This document shows, one piece after another, positions 9,301-19,533 of a DNA stretch of 64,000 nt. Source of the DNA: Candidatus Sumerlaeaceae bacterium (GTDB lineage Bacteria; Sumerlaeota; Sumerlaeia; Sumerlaeales; Sumerlaeaceae); contig JBPCLP010000044.1 of NCBI GenBank assembly GCA_051003195.1, forward strand, positions 35,502-99,501, given 5' to 3'. How positions within the stretch are numbered: position 1 is the first letter of the stretch; every line of letters starts with the position of its first letter. The position numbers were made by a program, and so were the translations under genes. Under the pieces are notes generated by a model, which saw nothing but the letters and a program-made list of their open reading frames with translations, searched no databases and had not been told where the DNA came from.

Positions 9301-10284
9301 ATGCGCATGAATCCAATCGGCAAAACTACCATCCAGGTCAGCGAGTATGGCCTCGGCACCTGGGCCATGGGCGGGGGCATCTATGGTATGGCCGACGACG
9401 CCGAATCCATCCGCACCATCCACCGCGCGGGCGAGCTCGGCGTCAACTTCCTCGACACCGCTCCCATGTACGGCATTGGCGACCTTGCGGACGGCCGCGC
9501 CGAGCGCGTCGTCGGCGAGGCGGTCGCCGGCCAGCGCGAGCGCTGGGTTATCGCCACCAAGTACGGCCGTCACCTCAACGGCAACGCCGAGTGGTGGAAC
9601 ATGCGCGAAGACTACTCCGGCGCGCAGGCCATCCGCAGCGTCGAGGAATCGCTACAGCGTATGCGCACCGATTACATCGACATGCTCTTCGTCCACTCCC
9701 CACCTTCCGCGCTCTTTAATGCCGAGGACGCTTTCGCCGCCATGACCCAGTTGAAGCAGCAAGGCAAAATCCGCGCGGTAGGCTTCAGCTTCTGGGAAAA
9801 TGTTGCCGACACGCTGCCCCAGGTCGAACAGTTCCTGCGCTCGGGCGTCATCGATGCGGTGCAGGCGAAGGTCAGCCTGCTCGTGCATGAAGCGCTCAGC
9901 ACGCTGTTCCCCGTCGTGCGCGAATCCGGCACCGCCGTCGTCGCACGCGAATCCCTTGCGCAGGGTTTCCTCACCGATTCCTTCGGCCCCGACGGCCCGT
10001 TCGTCGAGCAGGACTTCAAGGCCTCGATGCCGCGCGAGGAAGTCGCCCGCCGGCTCGACCGCGCCAACCAGTTCCGCTTTCTCGCCCGCCAGCTTCCAGC
10101 AATCAACAGCCTGCCCGAAGCGGCCCTGCACTGGGCCCTCTCGCATCCCGAGGTCACCAGCGTCATTCCCGGCGCCAAGTCCGTCCAGGAACTCGAGCAG
10201 TGCCTTGCCGCCCAATCGTCCGACCACTTCCCCGACGAGATCATGCAACGCGCGCGCGGTATGCAGCTCGCATGGCCCGACTGA
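9301..10284 (+). CDS. Aldo/keto reductase
   Basis: GLGTWAMGG, DTAPMYG, IATKYG, SLQRMRTDYID, VIPGAKS; GGAG upstream of the start. Confidence 0.9.
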   Translation: MRMNPIGKTTIQVSEYGLGTWAMGGGIYGMADDAESIRTIHRAGELGVNFLDTAPMYGIGDLADGRAERVVGEAVAGQRERWVIATKYGRHLNGNAEWWNMREDYSGAQAIRSVEESLQRMRTDYIDMLFVHSPPSALFNAEDAFAAMTQLKQQGKIRAVGFSFWENVADTLPQVEQFLRSGVIDAVQAKVSLLVHEALSTLFPVVRESGTAVVARESLAQGFLTDSFGPDGPFVEQDFKASMPREEVARRLDRANQFRFLARQLPAINSLPEAALHWALSHPEVTSVIPGAKSVQELEQCLAAQSSDHFPDEIMQRARGMQLAWPD

Positions 10285-10286
10285 CG

Positions 10287-10967
10287 GTGCATCCGTCCCT
10301 CAAGCCGTTTGTTTCCGCGCTACGCGATGGAACCCCGCAGAAAGTCGTCATGTTCGGCGACAGCATCACCTTCGGCAGCCAGGTCGATCCCGCATTCGAC
10401 CACGACATCGTCTTTCATCGCCAGTGGGCCGACCAGCTTCGCGAGCGCTGGCCCGCTGCAAATCTCGAAGTCATAAACCGCGGCGTGCCCGGCAACAAAA
10501 TCGCCGACGCACTCGCCCGCTTTGAGAGCGATGTCGTCGCGCACTCGCCCCATCTCGTCGTGGTCGAGTTCGGCATCAACGACTGCTGGAGCGGACCCGA
10601 CGGCGGCGACGCCTACGAAGCGGGTCTCCGGCAGCTGGTCACCCAGCTGAAAACCGGCACCACCGCTCCTATCATCCTGCTCACCGCCAACATGATGAAT
10701 TTCGGGGTCACCCCGCAAGCCCTTCAACACGCGTGGTTCGCCGAGGTTTCCGCCAACGCCCAGAAGTCCGGATGGATGGACGACTACATGAACCGCATGC
10801 GCCGCGTCGCCACGCAACTGGACGTCTGCCTGGCCGACGGCTACGCGAAATACCAGCACGCCCGCGCCCGGGGGCTCGACACCGACACGCTGCTTGCCAA
10901 CGGCGCGAACCATCCCAACGAGCAAGGGCACGGCATCCTCGCCGATGCGCTGCTCGAGGTTTTCTGA
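10287..10967 (+). CDS. SGNH/GDSL hydrolase
   Basis: FGDSIT (block I), NRGVPG, EFGIND, NHPN. Start either GTG 10287 or ATG 10272. Confidence 0.85.
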   Translation: MHPSLKPFVSALRDGTPQKVVMFGDSITFGSQVDPAFDHDIVFHRQWADQLRERWPAANLEVINRGVPGNKIADALARFESDVVAHSPHLVVVEFGINDCWSGPDGGDAYEAGLRQLVTQLKTGTTAPIILLTANMMNFGVTPQALQHAWFAEVSANAQKSGWMDDYMNRMRRVATQLDVCLADGYAKYQHARARGLDTDTLLANGANHPNEQGHGILADALLEVF

Positions 10968-11037
10968 TACTTCAGTGCTTGCAGGTCTCGCGGGATGAGC
11001 GGCGGATTGGAATCCTAGACACGAAGGAGGCACTCAA

Positions 11038-11148
11038 ATGGGTGACAAGGGCGGCAAAAAAGACAAGGCCAAGGACCAGAAGCAAAAGGCCCACGAGCAC
11101 GAGCAGAAGGAAAAGGAAAAGCGCGACAAACAGCATAAGCCTGTGTAG
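11038..11148 (+). CDS. Small Lys-rich charged protein, 36 aa (MGDKGGKKDKAKDQKQKAHEHEQKEKEKRDKQHKPV)
   Basis: AAGGAGG at 11024-11030, 7 nt before the ATG; fills an intergenic gap; below the ORF-track size cut-off. Confidence 0.75.
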   Translation: MGDKGGKKDKAKDQKQKAHEHEQKEKEKRDKQHKPV

Positions 11149-11253
11149 GAGTCTTCCCGGGGAAATTAAGTAGCGCGAAGTTTAGCGCGCGCAAGCGCCG
11201 CGTTAGGTGCTGCTGCGCGGGCGGCGATTGCCGGGACAGCGTCGCGGTCGCGG

Positions 11254-11628
11254 CTATTCTACCTGGGCCGGCTTGACGCCCTGCATATTTTCTCCGCACC
11301 ACATGCACCTGGTCCGGTCGCCGCCGGAGAACCGATCGCACTTCGGGCACTGGCGGCGCAGCCGGAACATGTCGCGCCGGCCGTCAACCCGGCCGTCCTC
11401 GGCATCGACGGTGGCCAACAGTTTGAGGAATTCCTGCTCGGTGAAGCGGCCGGAATCTATCAGCATGCGCAGCAGCGTTTCCACCGTGAGTTCCAGCGCG
11501 CCGAGGCGCATTTCGAGCCGTTCTGCTGCACCAGCTGCGGAAGTGGCCGTTGCCTTGGCGGACGCCGCGTCGGCGGAGGCCATCGTATTCTGGTGCATCG
11601 TGTGGGCGAGAAGTATATATTCGATCAT
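11254..11628 (-). CDS. Hypothetical protein with C-terminal zinc ribbon
   Basis: Coiled-coil-like middle, DAEDGRVDG, then CPKC-x10-CMWC. Confidence 0.75.
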   Translation of the reverse strand: MIEYILLAHTMHQNTMASADAASAKATATSAAGAAERLEMRLGALELTVETLLRMLIDSGRFTEQEFLKLLATVDAEDGRVDGRRDMFRLRRQCPKCDRFSGGDRTRCMWCGENMQGVKPAQVE

Positions 11629-11868
11629 GATTAGCGCAGGTCTGTGATGACTGCCGTGTTAAAGCTCAATCTAAATCTGGCAAAATGAGTCATATAGTGC
11701 TTTGGCATCCCCCCGCAATTGTGCGTGGCGCGGAGCCCGCAATCCCTTCATCGGCGTTTCAATCGACCGGCGCGCTGACGTGCGCAGCGCGGACGGCCTT
11801 CGGAGGTTGACACTGAAGCGCGCTTAACTTGTGATTCGTGTAGCTCATCACTCGGGGGAGGCGGTTCC

Positions 11869-13152
11869 ATGCTTTCAAAGAAAACCAGGTCCGGCTTGTT
11901 GCATGTTTTGGTACTTACCGGCGGACTATTGTCCATTACGCCGGAGGCGAACGCATTGGCGATTTATGCTATCACCGGCTCAAACGAACTTTATATTTTC
12001 GATCATACCGCGCCGGGGGTTTCTCTGTACAGTTCCATCCCCGATCAAGGATTCATCCCGATTGTGGGACTTCAGCCGGGCGAAGCGCTCGTTGGCATCG
12101 ATTTTCGCCCCAGCACTGGCGAGCTGTATGGAATAGGCAACACCAGCCGGCTATACAAAATTAATGTGCAGCTCGTGACGCCTCCCGCCACGGCTTTGGC
12201 AATTGCGGTAAGCAGCACGCCGTTCCCGGTGCTTCTTTCCGGAACGAGATTCGGCGTCGATTTTAATCCGGTCGTGGATCGTGTCCGGGTTGTGAGCAAT
12301 GCTGAGCAGAATCTTCGCATCAATCCATTCACTGGCACGCTCGCAGCGAATGATGCAGCCATTAATCCTGCGGGAAACCTTGTCGAGGTTGCCTACGATC
12401 GCAGCTTCGCCGGCACAACCTCCACGACGCTTTTCGCGCTGGACTCGACCAGCAACCAGCTCATGCGCATCGGCAGCGTAAATCAATCGCCCATATCCCC
12501 CAACACGGGTACAACCACAGCGATTGGCCCACTGGGCGTGGATTTTATTTCACAGGCGGCACTCGACTTTGCGGGACCGACCCTGTTTGCGATCCTGAGA
12601 GTTGGCACCGCGACGCACCTCTATACCGTGAATACGGCAACCGGGGCTGCAACCGTTTCGGGCGCGACGGTGCTGGATAACCCGCTCATCATCGGAATGG
12701 CCGTCGCCCCACAACTCGCCGCTATTTCGAAGAAAAGTATTAAGCTCAATTTTGCAAAGACAGACAGTGACTCGATCAGTGTAACGGGTGCCTTGCAACT
12801 GCCGACCGGATTTTTGTTCACCGCCGCCAACCAGACAGCGGTCCTCAATATTGGCGGTATTACCAGGACTTTCCTCCTCGACGAAAAGGGGAAAGCAAAA
12901 ATTGGTTTCGACAGCCTGGCCGTCACCGTGAAAGAGAAGAACGGAGTACGTACGGCCACCTTTAAGGCATCGTTAAAAAAGGGCAACTTTGCGGCGTCGC
13001 TTGTCGATGAAGGCCTCGTTAATGCAGATCTGAGCGACGTGCCCGTACAGGTGGAAGTATCGCTCTATGTTACCAACACCTATTTCCACGGTAGCGAAAG
13101 CCTTCCATGGACTTACGATGGCAAGGCGGGCAAGAGCGGCAAAGCGAAATAA
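11869..13152 (+). CDS. Secreted DUF4394-domain protein with a basic C-terminal domain
   Basis: GGGGAGG RBS; signal peptide; GIDFRPSTGELYG, FGVDFNPVVDRVRVVS, QNLRINP motifs. Confidence 0.8.
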   Translation: MLSKKTRSGLLHVLVLTGGLLSITPEANALAIYAITGSNELYIFDHTAPGVSLYSSIPDQGFIPIVGLQPGEALVGIDFRPSTGELYGIGNTSRLYKINVQLVTPPATALAIAVSSTPFPVLLSGTRFGVDFNPVVDRVRVVSNAEQNLRINPFTGTLAANDAAINPAGNLVEVAYDRSFAGTTSTTLFALDSTSNQLMRIGSVNQSPISPNTGTTTAIGPLGVDFISQAALDFAGPTLFAILRVGTATHLYTVNTATGAATVSGATVLDNPLIIGMAVAPQLAAISKKSIKLNFAKTDSDSISVTGALQLPTGFLFTAANQTAVLNIGGITRTFLLDEKGKAKIGFDSLAVTVKEKNGVRTATFKASLKKGNFAASLVDEGLVNADLSDVPVQVEVSLYVTNTYFHGSESLPWTYDGKAGKSGKAK

Positions 13153-13230
13153 GGGCGAACTCCTTGCGCAGGTCCGCTGGCGGCCGGAGCTGGATGCGGA
13201 TCGACCCGTGAACCGGCACCCGGGTGGCGG

Positions 13231-14145
13231 CTAGCCCTTGATGCCGGTGAGCGTGACGCCCTCGATGAAGTATTTCTGCGCGGAGAAGAAGAGGACCAGC
13301 ACGGGCAGCGTCATGATGGTGGCGGCGGCCATCATAAGGCCCCATTGCGTGAGGTGGAGAACTTTGAACATCTGTAGTCCCATGGCCATGGTGAGCATGT
13401 CGGCGCGGTTGATGTAGACGAGCGGCCCCACGAAGTCGTTCCAGGTATTGAGGAACTGGAAGATCAGGATGGCGATGAGCGCGGGTTTGAGGAGCGGCAA
13501 CAGGATGCGCCAGAAAATGCCGGCGTGGCTGCAGCCGTCGATCTCTGCGGCTTCTTCGAGGTCTTTTGGAATCGTGAGGAAGAACTGGCGCAGCAGGAAG
13601 ATGAAGAAGGCAGTGCCAAAAAACGCGGGCACCCAAAGTGGCTTGAAGCTGTTAACCCAGCCGAGCTTCGTGAAGATGAGGAACTGCGGCATCAGGGTGA
13701 CCTGCGAAGGCAACATCATGGTGGCGAGGAGCACCGCGAAGAAGACGTTACGGCCGGGCCAGCGCAGCCGCGAGAACGCGTAAGCGGCGCATGAGCACGA
13801 GAAGCCCGTGCCGATGACCGCGAGAATAGTGACGTAGATGGTGTTCATGAGGTAGCGTGCGTAGGGCACGAACTGGAAAACTTCGGAATAGTTTTTCAAG
13901 CGGACGGGGTGTGGCCAGAACATGCCAAGGAGCGTGTCGTATTTGGAAATCTGCGCCTCGGTTTTGAGTGAGGTCGCAAACATCCCCCACGCAGGCAGTA
14001 TGAAGATTAACGTGATGACAATGAGCGCGGTCTGCTTGAGGATGCCAGGCCATGCACTTCGCCCGGGCGCGCGCATGCGTGGTTCGAAGGTGGCGAGAGC
14101 GGTGGCGGTGCCGACGGCGCGGCCCTTGTCTAGTGAACTAGACAT
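13231..14145 (-). CDS. Carbohydrate ABC transporter permease (MalG-like)
   Basis: AYAFSRLRWPGR, EAA loop LEEAAEIDG, WNDFVGPL, QKYFIEGV. Confidence 0.9.
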   Translation of the reverse strand: MSSSLDKGRAVGTATALATFEPRMRAPGRSAWPGILKQTALIVITLIFILPAWGMFATSLKTEAQISKYDTLLGMFWPHPVRLKNYSEVFQFVPYARYLMNTIYVTILAVIGTGFSCSCAAYAFSRLRWPGRNVFFAVLLATMMLPSQVTLMPQFLIFTKLGWVNSFKPLWVPAFFGTAFFIFLLRQFFLTIPKDLEEAAEIDGCSHAGIFWRILLPLLKPALIAILIFQFLNTWNDFVGPLVYINRADMLTMAMGLQMFKVLHLTQWGLMMAAATIMTLPVLVLFFSAQKYFIEGVTLTGIKG

Positions 14146-16495
14146 CGTAGTGTACCCACCGCGGCGCCAGCTTGAACTGGATGAGGGTCAGCGCTGCAAC
14201 GATCACGAAGAGAATCCAGGCCATGGCGCAGGCCATGCCCATGTTAAAGAAACGGAAACCCTGTGTGAAGAGGTACATAAGGTAGGTCAGCATCGCGTCG
14301 CCTGGTCCAAACCCCGGCGGTGTGATAAACACGTAGGGCTGGATGAAGATCTGAAGCCAGCCAATGATGCCCATGATCACGCTGAAGAAAAGATACGGTG
14401 AAAGCATGGGAAGGGTGACGTGGATGAACTGCTTGAACGGTCCGGCGCCATCAATGGCGGCAGCCTCGTAGTAGGTGGCGGGAATGCCTTTGAGGCCGGC
14501 GAGGAAAATGATCATCGAGCTGCCGGCGGTCCAGGTGACAAGCAGGATAACGCCGAGTTTCATGAACGTGGGATCGCCAAAAAAACTGGGTGTGGGCAGT
14601 TTGAGTTTGTTGAGAATCGGCACGAGCGCCGCGCCGGTGAAGCCGGTTTCATTGTTGAGGAACCAGAGCCAGAGCACGGAAGCGGCGACGGTCGGCACAA
14701 CAACCGGGAGATAGAGCAACGTGCGGTAGATGCGGATGCCGCGAACTTCGCGATTCACGAGCAGCGCGAGACCCAGGCTGACGACAAGTCCAATGGGAAC
14801 CCCGATGATCGCCATGAAGCCGGTATTCGACAGTGATTTCCAGAATAGTGGATCGGCGCCGGCAAGTGTCTGGTAATTGCGGGCACCTACCCACCGGGCA
14901 GGGTTCAAAACATCGTAGCGGGTGAAGGAGATCATGAGAGACGCGACCATCGGCCCGAACATCAGCACGAAAAACCCGATCAACCATGGCAGTGCGAACA
15001 GGAGCCCGGCGCGAGCCTCCGCGCGGGAGCGCATGTTCCATTTCCAGCGCGACGCTGCTCCTGCCCAGATTGCGCCACATAGTATAAGTATAGCCCCGAA
15101 GATAAGCCCGAAAGTTTTCTTTATGGAAAACACCGGGTCGGCGCTTGGCTTGAGCAGCAGATCGAGTTCACGCTGCACGGACATCTGGCCGTATTTGAGT
15201 GCCTCGCCGGGAGACTTGTTGTCGTAGAGCACGTTGTTCGTCGCGCGGGCCTGCTCGTCCCAGAGTTGGGACCCCACAGGTGTCACGGGACGGAAGCGAC
15301 AATTATCCAGGAGCGTGACATGTGCACGGAAGGCGTCGGCGATGGTCTTGGGCAGGTGTGTCTCGGCGTACTGGATCTGTAGCGTGTTGACTTTGCGCGA
15401 GCAGGAGAGGCGCGGAATGGTGAAGGATTGAGTGGTACCCACCTCGGCGGCCTTGGCCTTGTTGGCAACTTCCTGGAAGTGGATGTAACGGTCCCACGCG
15501 GCGGGAGTCGCGAGGTACTTGGTCAGGGTCCAGGCCTCGTCTGTAGCGGTGGCGTCTTTTGGTATCGCCCAGCAAAATCCGCCTGACCATGAAACGATCG
15601 GTTTACCTTCAGGGGAAGGGGGCGGTCCGACATACAGCCGCATATCCGGCCGGAACTTGGCCATGTAGTCGAGCGCTGAGTTCTCGGTGATCTGCATCGC
15701 GATGCGATTGGAGCGGAAGGGATCGGCGGCGCCTTCAGCCTGCGACGCCGTTTGAAAATCCATGATTGGTTTTGCGCCGCCAAGGCCGTCGTAGACTTCT
15801 TTCATCCATGCGAGTGCCTCGGCGATGCGGGGGTCGGCGAGCGTACAACGCGTCCCGTCGGCGCTCATAAACTCGCCGCCGTTCTGGAATCCATAAATGT
15901 ATAGCCATGCGTTGCCGATCATGGGAGCGAAACCGATCTGCTGAAACTTGCCTTCTGGTGTGCGTTTGGTCAGCTTGATGGCCATTTCCTTAAGCTCGTC
16001 CCAGTTCTTCGGCGGCTCTTTGTATCCGGCCTCTTCAAGCAGGTCCATATTGCACCACAGCGCGCGACTGTCGGTATCCCATGGCAAACCATAGGTCTTG
16101 CCCTGGTACATGCACTCATCGAGGCAGGCTTTGTAGAGATCGGCGCGGTCAATGTGATCGCGTTCGTAGAGGTCATCAAGGGCGCGGAAGACACCCCTGG
16201 AAGCCCAGCCTGCCATGGTAAACCGGTCCATCCACAAAAGGTCTGGTGGTTTACCAGATACGACGGCTGTCATCAGCTTCTGGCGGTCCACACCCCCGCT
16301 TTCCTGCCCGCCGGGCGATCCACGCAAAATACGTACTTCCGGATGAGCCAGATCGTATTCCTCGAGAACACGGATCCAACCGGCGAAAGCATCCTGTTCC
16401 GGCAGTCCCCATATCTGGAGCAGTTTGCCTTCCTCGGCAGCGCAAGTAGCGGTGACGAGCAGCAGCGCGAGGCTTAATGCGAATCGTAAGCTCAT
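14138..16495 (-). CDS. Fused extracellular solute-binding protein and MalF-like ABC permease
   Basis: Signal peptide from ATG 16495; SBP part (PPDLLWMDRF, YGLPWDTDSR, WSGGF) runs without a stop into a permease (LFALPWLIGF, YYEAAAIDGAG, FRFFNMG). Confidence 0.85.
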   Translation of the reverse strand: MSLRFALSLALLLVTATCAAEEGKLLQIWGLPEQDAFAGWIRVLEEYDLAHPEVRILRGSPGGQESGGVDRQKLMTAVVSGKPPDLLWMDRFTMAGWASRGVFRALDDLYERDHIDRADLYKACLDECMYQGKTYGLPWDTDSRALWCNMDLLEEAGYKEPPKNWDELKEMAIKLTKRTPEGKFQQIGFAPMIGNAWLYIYGFQNGGEFMSADGTRCTLADPRIAEALAWMKEVYDGLGGAKPIMDFQTASQAEGAADPFRSNRIAMQITENSALDYMAKFRPDMRLYVGPPPSPEGKPIVSWSGGFCWAIPKDATATDEAWTLTKYLATPAAWDRYIHFQEVANKAKAAEVGTTQSFTIPRLSCSRKVNTLQIQYAETHLPKTIADAFRAHVTLLDNCRFRPVTPVGSQLWDEQARATNNVLYDNKSPGEALKYGQMSVQRELDLLLKPSADPVFSIKKTFGLIFGAILILCGAIWAGAASRWKWNMRSRAEARAGLLFALPWLIGFFVLMFGPMVASLMISFTRYDVLNPARWVGARNYQTLAGADPLFWKSLSNTGFMAIIGVPIGLVVSLGLALLVNREVRGIRIYRTLLYLPVVVPTVAASVLWLWFLNNETGFTGAALVPILNKLKLPTPSFFGDPTFMKLGVILLVTWTAGSSMIIFLAGLKGIPATYYEAAAIDGAGPFKQFIHVTLPMLSPYLFFSVIMGIIGWLQIFIQPYVFITPPGFGPGDAMLTYLMYLFTQGFRFFNMGMACAMAWILFVIVAALTLIQFKLAPRWVHYDV

Positions 16496-16630
16496 GGAAG
16501 GCAAAACGCTGGGCGCGAAAGCGGAAGCTGCAAGGCTGTTGTTTGACAGCTGCATTAAATGGAATGTCGCTGCACTGCTGGAAAAAGCATTGACGGCATT
16601 TCCGGTCAAACTGGAGCATTCTTGCCTGTT

Positions 16631-17179
16631 ATGATGAAAAGAACTACGTGTCACTGTGCAGGTGTACGGCCCTTTAACATTGTGCTGATGGCCTGGCTGC
16701 TTATGCTATGCGCAGGCTGCTCGCAAGTCGGGGCTCCGCCGCAGCGGGCGGTAGCGGTACCGGCACCTGACCCAAACAGCTTCTCGTGGCAAAACAGTGT
16801 GCTCTCAGCGAGCGGGCGCGGAGATGCGCCAGCAGGTACCAGCTCTGCACAACGTGCGATTGCGAGCCAGAACGCGGCAAGGGTAGCAGCGCTCAAGGAC
16901 TTGAAAATTCGTGTGCGACAGCTGCCGGTCGGGCCCGACCAGACGGTCGGTTCCATCATGGATAATTATATCGGCGTGCGGCGTGCGATTGAGAAGCAGA
17001 TCCAGCGCGCCGAAGTTGTCGGGCAGCAGCCGGCGGAGGGCGGTCAGTACGAGGTCCAGGTGCAGGCGCCGCTTCAGCCGATCGCGGACATCCTGAAAAA
17101 TAATTACATCACACCAACAGATGAGTTGCCAAAACCGCCGTCGCGCGGGGACGAGCTTGGAGTACCGGCGGTAAGCTAG
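16631..17179 (+). CDS. Hypothetical lipoprotein (LPP20/FlgT-N-like)
   Basis: Hydrophobic stretch ending in lipobox LCAG|C; ASGRG...AQRAIASQNAARVAALKDL pattern. Confidence 0.6.
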   Translation: MMKRTTCHCAGVRPFNIVLMAWLLMLCAGCSQVGAPPQRAVAVPAPDPNSFSWQNSVLSASGRGDAPAGTSSAQRAIASQNAARVAALKDLKIRVRQLPVGPDQTVGSIMDNYIGVRRAIEKQIQRAEVVGQQPAEGGQYEVQVQAPLQPIADILKNNYITPTDELPKPPSRGDELGVPAVS

Positions 17180-17297
17180 TGCGGTGTCCCAGAAATTCGT
17201 TTATTGGTTTTGTGTGCCGTCCGCGCTTGGATTGCTTTCAAAATATGACTAGGAAGTTCCGGGACGGCACACTAGTCAAGCCGCAGCGGAACGCACC

Positions 17298-17780
17298 ATG
17301 CGCATCGGAGTAATCTCGGACACCCACGGTTTTCTCGACAGCAGGGTGTATCATATGTTCAATGATGTGCAGCACATCCTGCACGCGGGTGACGTGGGCG
17401 ATGACCGCATCCTGGATGAGCTGGAAATGATCGCGCCGGTCAACGCCGTCACGGGAAACGTGGACGGCAGCCCCACCAAGAAGCGGCAGATGAAGTGGTG
17501 CGGAACATTGTTTGGAGTGCGCATCTGCATGACACATGGACATTTGCTGGACCCTGCGGACTACAACCGCTCGGCCCTGAAGTTTTTCCAGGATGAGAAA
17601 CCGCAGGTGGTCGTCCACGGGCACTCGCATCGCGGCAAGAACGAGACGCAGGAAGGGGTGCTTTTTCTGAATCCCGGCGCAGCCTGCAAGCCGCGCTTTC
17701 GTGACGTCGCGAGTGTAGCGATTCTTGAGATTGAACCGGGCGGGCGCTACTTTGCACAGTTTCAGGAACTTGCCCGATAG
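17298..17780 (+). CDS. YfcE/MJ0936-family metallophosphoesterase
   Basis: ISDTHG, HAGD, GNVD, THGH, HGHSH, NPG. Confidence 0.9.
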   Translation: MRIGVISDTHGFLDSRVYHMFNDVQHILHAGDVGDDRILDELEMIAPVNAVTGNVDGSPTKKRQMKWCGTLFGVRICMTHGHLLDPADYNRSALKFFQDEKPQVVVHGHSHRGKNETQEGVLFLNPGAACKPRFRDVASVAILEIEPGGRYFAQFQELAR

Positions 17781-17783
17781 GCA

Positions 17784-18275
17784 TTAGCTGCGCGTTGCGC
17801 TTGTCCCAGCGTCGCCGCCTCCGCGTCTTCCACCCCGCCAGCCATCTCCACCGCCCGCGCCAAAACCGCCTCTGCCTGCCCACCGCATTTCGGGGTATCG
17901 CTGCTGGTACTTCTCCAATTGGTCGGCAGTGAGCAGGGCACGTACACCTTCTGCGCGGTCGCGAGGGCTGGTGGATTCACTTTCGATTTTTGCGAGTTGG
18001 CCGATCTGTGCATTGCTCAATCCGAGTGATGCCCGGAAGAGGTCCTCGGCCTGCTGCTGGCGCGCCTGAACGGCTTTTTCGCGCTCTCGCAACTGGACGA
18101 GAATTTCCGGCTTCACCTTCGTTGGGATCGGCTTTTCGTTCTGCAAGCCTGCGGGTCCGGCAAAGCGGTAGAGCCCAAAGCCAACACCGCAGATCAACAT
18201 GGCGGCAATTGCAGCTGCCCAGAATTTGCCATGGCCGGATTGCTCACCAATGTCACTCGCATGAATGCTTGGCAT
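17784..18275 (-). CDS. Hypothetical membrane-anchored protein with LTxxQ-like motifs
   Basis: One TM helix; LGLSNAQ and LLTADQ motifs (Spy/CpxP-like); Gly/Arg-rich tail. Confidence 0.6.
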   Translation of the reverse strand: MPSIHASDIGEQSGHGKFWAAAIAAMLICGVGFGLYRFAGPAGLQNEKPIPTKVKPEILVQLREREKAVQARQQQAEDLFRASLGLSNAQIGQLAKIESESTSPRDRAEGVRALLTADQLEKYQQRYPEMRWAGRGGFGAGGGDGWRGGRRGGGDAGTSATRS

Positions 18276-18444
18276 TTAAGCACCTTTCAGCGCGACGAAG
18301 CACGCTATTGTGCGGCTTGAATCGACCAGCACAATGACCGGACGGCGCGAGAACCAAGTCGCGAAATTGATTACCGGTCTGCTGTTAGTGCATTCCGGAA
18401 AATGCATACAGATGTGGTTTTAGTGCTACGCCTGTGGTAAGGGC

Positions 18445-19533
18445 CTAGTTTCGGACGACCGCGACGTGTTCGAGCACGGCATTGACCTCGGCCGGTATCT
18501 GAATGTAGTTAGAGGATTGTTTAATTGCGTTGTCCGGATCTTTCAATCCATGGCCGGTGAGTACGCAGACGACCTGGATTTTGCGTCCAGCGCGCGCGGT
18601 CGATTGGTCTTCGTGGAAGTACCCGCTCCGGGCGAGTTTCAACAGGCCTGCGATGCCAGCAGCACTGGCGGGTTCGCAAAACGTACCCTCCGTACGCGCC
18701 AGGAGATCATAGGCGTCGAGGATTTCCTGATCGCTGACCATATCGATGAGACCGCCACTGGAATCGCGTGCCTCTTCCGCAAACTTCCAGCTGGCAGGAT
18801 TACCAATTCGAATGGCCGTGGCGACGGTTTCCGGGTTGGGTACAACCTCGCGACGGACAATTGGAGCGGCGCCTTCTGCCTGGAATCCCATCATCCTTGG
18901 AATACGGCTGCTCTTACCCGCTTCAACATATTGCCGATATCCGCGCCAATACGCGGTGATGTTGCCGGCGTTGCCGACGGGGATAAAGTGGTAATCGGGC
19001 GCATCGCCCAGGGCATCGACGACTTCGAACGCGCCGCTCTTCTGGCCTTCGAGGCGATACGGGTTTACTGAATTCACGAGGGTAATGGGATAATTGCTCG
19101 TGATTTCCCGTACCATGCGCAGCGCATCGTCGAAGTTGCCCTGCACCGCGAACACCTTTGCGCCGTGCATGAGGGCTTGTGCCATTTTGCCGAGCGCAAT
19201 ATTGCCATCCGGAATGATAACGATACATTCCATGCCCGCGCGGGCTGCATATGCGGCCGCGCTGGCTGAGGTGTTGCCCGTGCTTGCACACATGATGGCC
19301 TTGCTGCCGGACTCGGCTGCCCGGCTTACGGCCATGGTCATACCACGATCCTTAAAGGATCCGGTGGGGTTAAGTCCCTCGTATTTCAGGAGAACCTCAA
19401 AGTTGGGTCCGAGTTCTTCTGATAATCCGGGTGCGGGGATCAGGGGGGTGTTGCCTTCGCAAAGAGTTACCACCGGCGTCTTCTCGTGCACATCGAGGTA
19501 TTGCCGGTACTGGTGGATGATGCCACGCCACAT
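18445..19533 (-). CDS. thrC: Threonine synthase
   Basis: [17 protein letters not shown] (PLP Lys), [28 protein letters not shown]. Confidence 0.95.
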   Translation of the reverse strand: MWRGIIHQYRQYLDVHEKTPVVTLCEGNTPLIPAPGLSEELGPNFEVLLKYEGLNPTGSFKDRGMTMAVSRAAESGSKAIMCASTGNTSASAAAYAARAGMECIVIIPDGNIALGKMAQALMHGAKVFAVQGNFDDALRMVREITSNYPITLVNSVNPYRLEGQKSGAFEVVDALGDAPDYHFIPVGNAGNITAYWRGYRQYVEAGKSSRIPRMMGFQAEGAAPIVRREVVPNPETVATAIRIGNPASWKFAEEARDSSGGLIDMVSDQEILDAYDLLARTEGTFCEPASAAGIAGLLKLARSGYFHEDQSTARAGRKIQVVCVLTGHGLKDPDNAIKQSSNYIQIPAEVNAVLEHVAVVRN

